Positions 63,897 through 64,000 of a DNA stretch of 64,000 nucleotides are shown one piece after another. Position 1 is the first letter of the stretch; each line of letters opens with the position of its first letter. The DNA comes from Protoeuglena noctilucae (Eukaryota), in contig OY253679.1 of the NCBI GenBank assembly GCA_958009085.1, positions 558,001-622,000 on the forward strand. The letters are read 5' to 3'. The notes beneath the pieces were generated by a model. It was not told the origin of the DNA, ran no database searches, and saw only the letters and a list, made by a program, of their open reading frames with translations. The translations under genes were made by a program, and so were the position numbers.

Positions 63897-64000
63897 GTGA
63901 GCGGGGGCAGGACGGCGGAGCGCGGGGGCTCGGGCCGGCGACTGCCGTGTCCCGTGCGGGAGGCCGATGCCGGGGCTGCCTCGCGTCGCGCCCACGTCAT

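Overview
Gene-dense, very GC-rich eukaryotic nuclear DNA from a green alga. The evidence is plastid-targeted phosphoribulokinase, a Psb27-family protein, GrpE and NFU with transit peptides, and short spliceosomal introns. TAA, TAG and TGA all serve as stops, so the genetic code looks standard. I can assemble about 26 intron-containing genes by hand: SDE2, plastid GrpE, SDH4, PRK, an mTERF-like protein, fumarase, UBC7, a beta-helix repeat protein, a divergent Miro, an orphan, a 4xCNB PKG-like kinase, uL22m, ARMC8/GID5, ACR9/10, Psb27-H2, GIY-YIG-NFU, PEX7, CCT7, NAA50, DAP decarboxylase, POL5/MYBBP1A, GLYR, TBC1D19-like, a RING/TRAF-TM protein, a bacterial-type PH protein and the start of RPS29. 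Most are arranged as tight divergent or convergent pairs. The most notable signals are: (1) a 156-nt near-perfect fold-back inside a POL5 intron, whose stem mismatches are mostly G:U-compatible on the sense strand (candidate intronic pre-miRNA or MITE); (2) a spliced 54-aa single-TM ORF ending 8 nt before the TBC1D19-like start codon (candidate bicistronic locus); (3) an unusually high frequency of GC-AG introns (about 19, mostly AG|GCGAG); (4) frameshifts in the beta-helix gene and in the first CNB domain of the kinase. Gene boundaries are manual splice reconstructions and family calls come from recalled motifs, not database searches.
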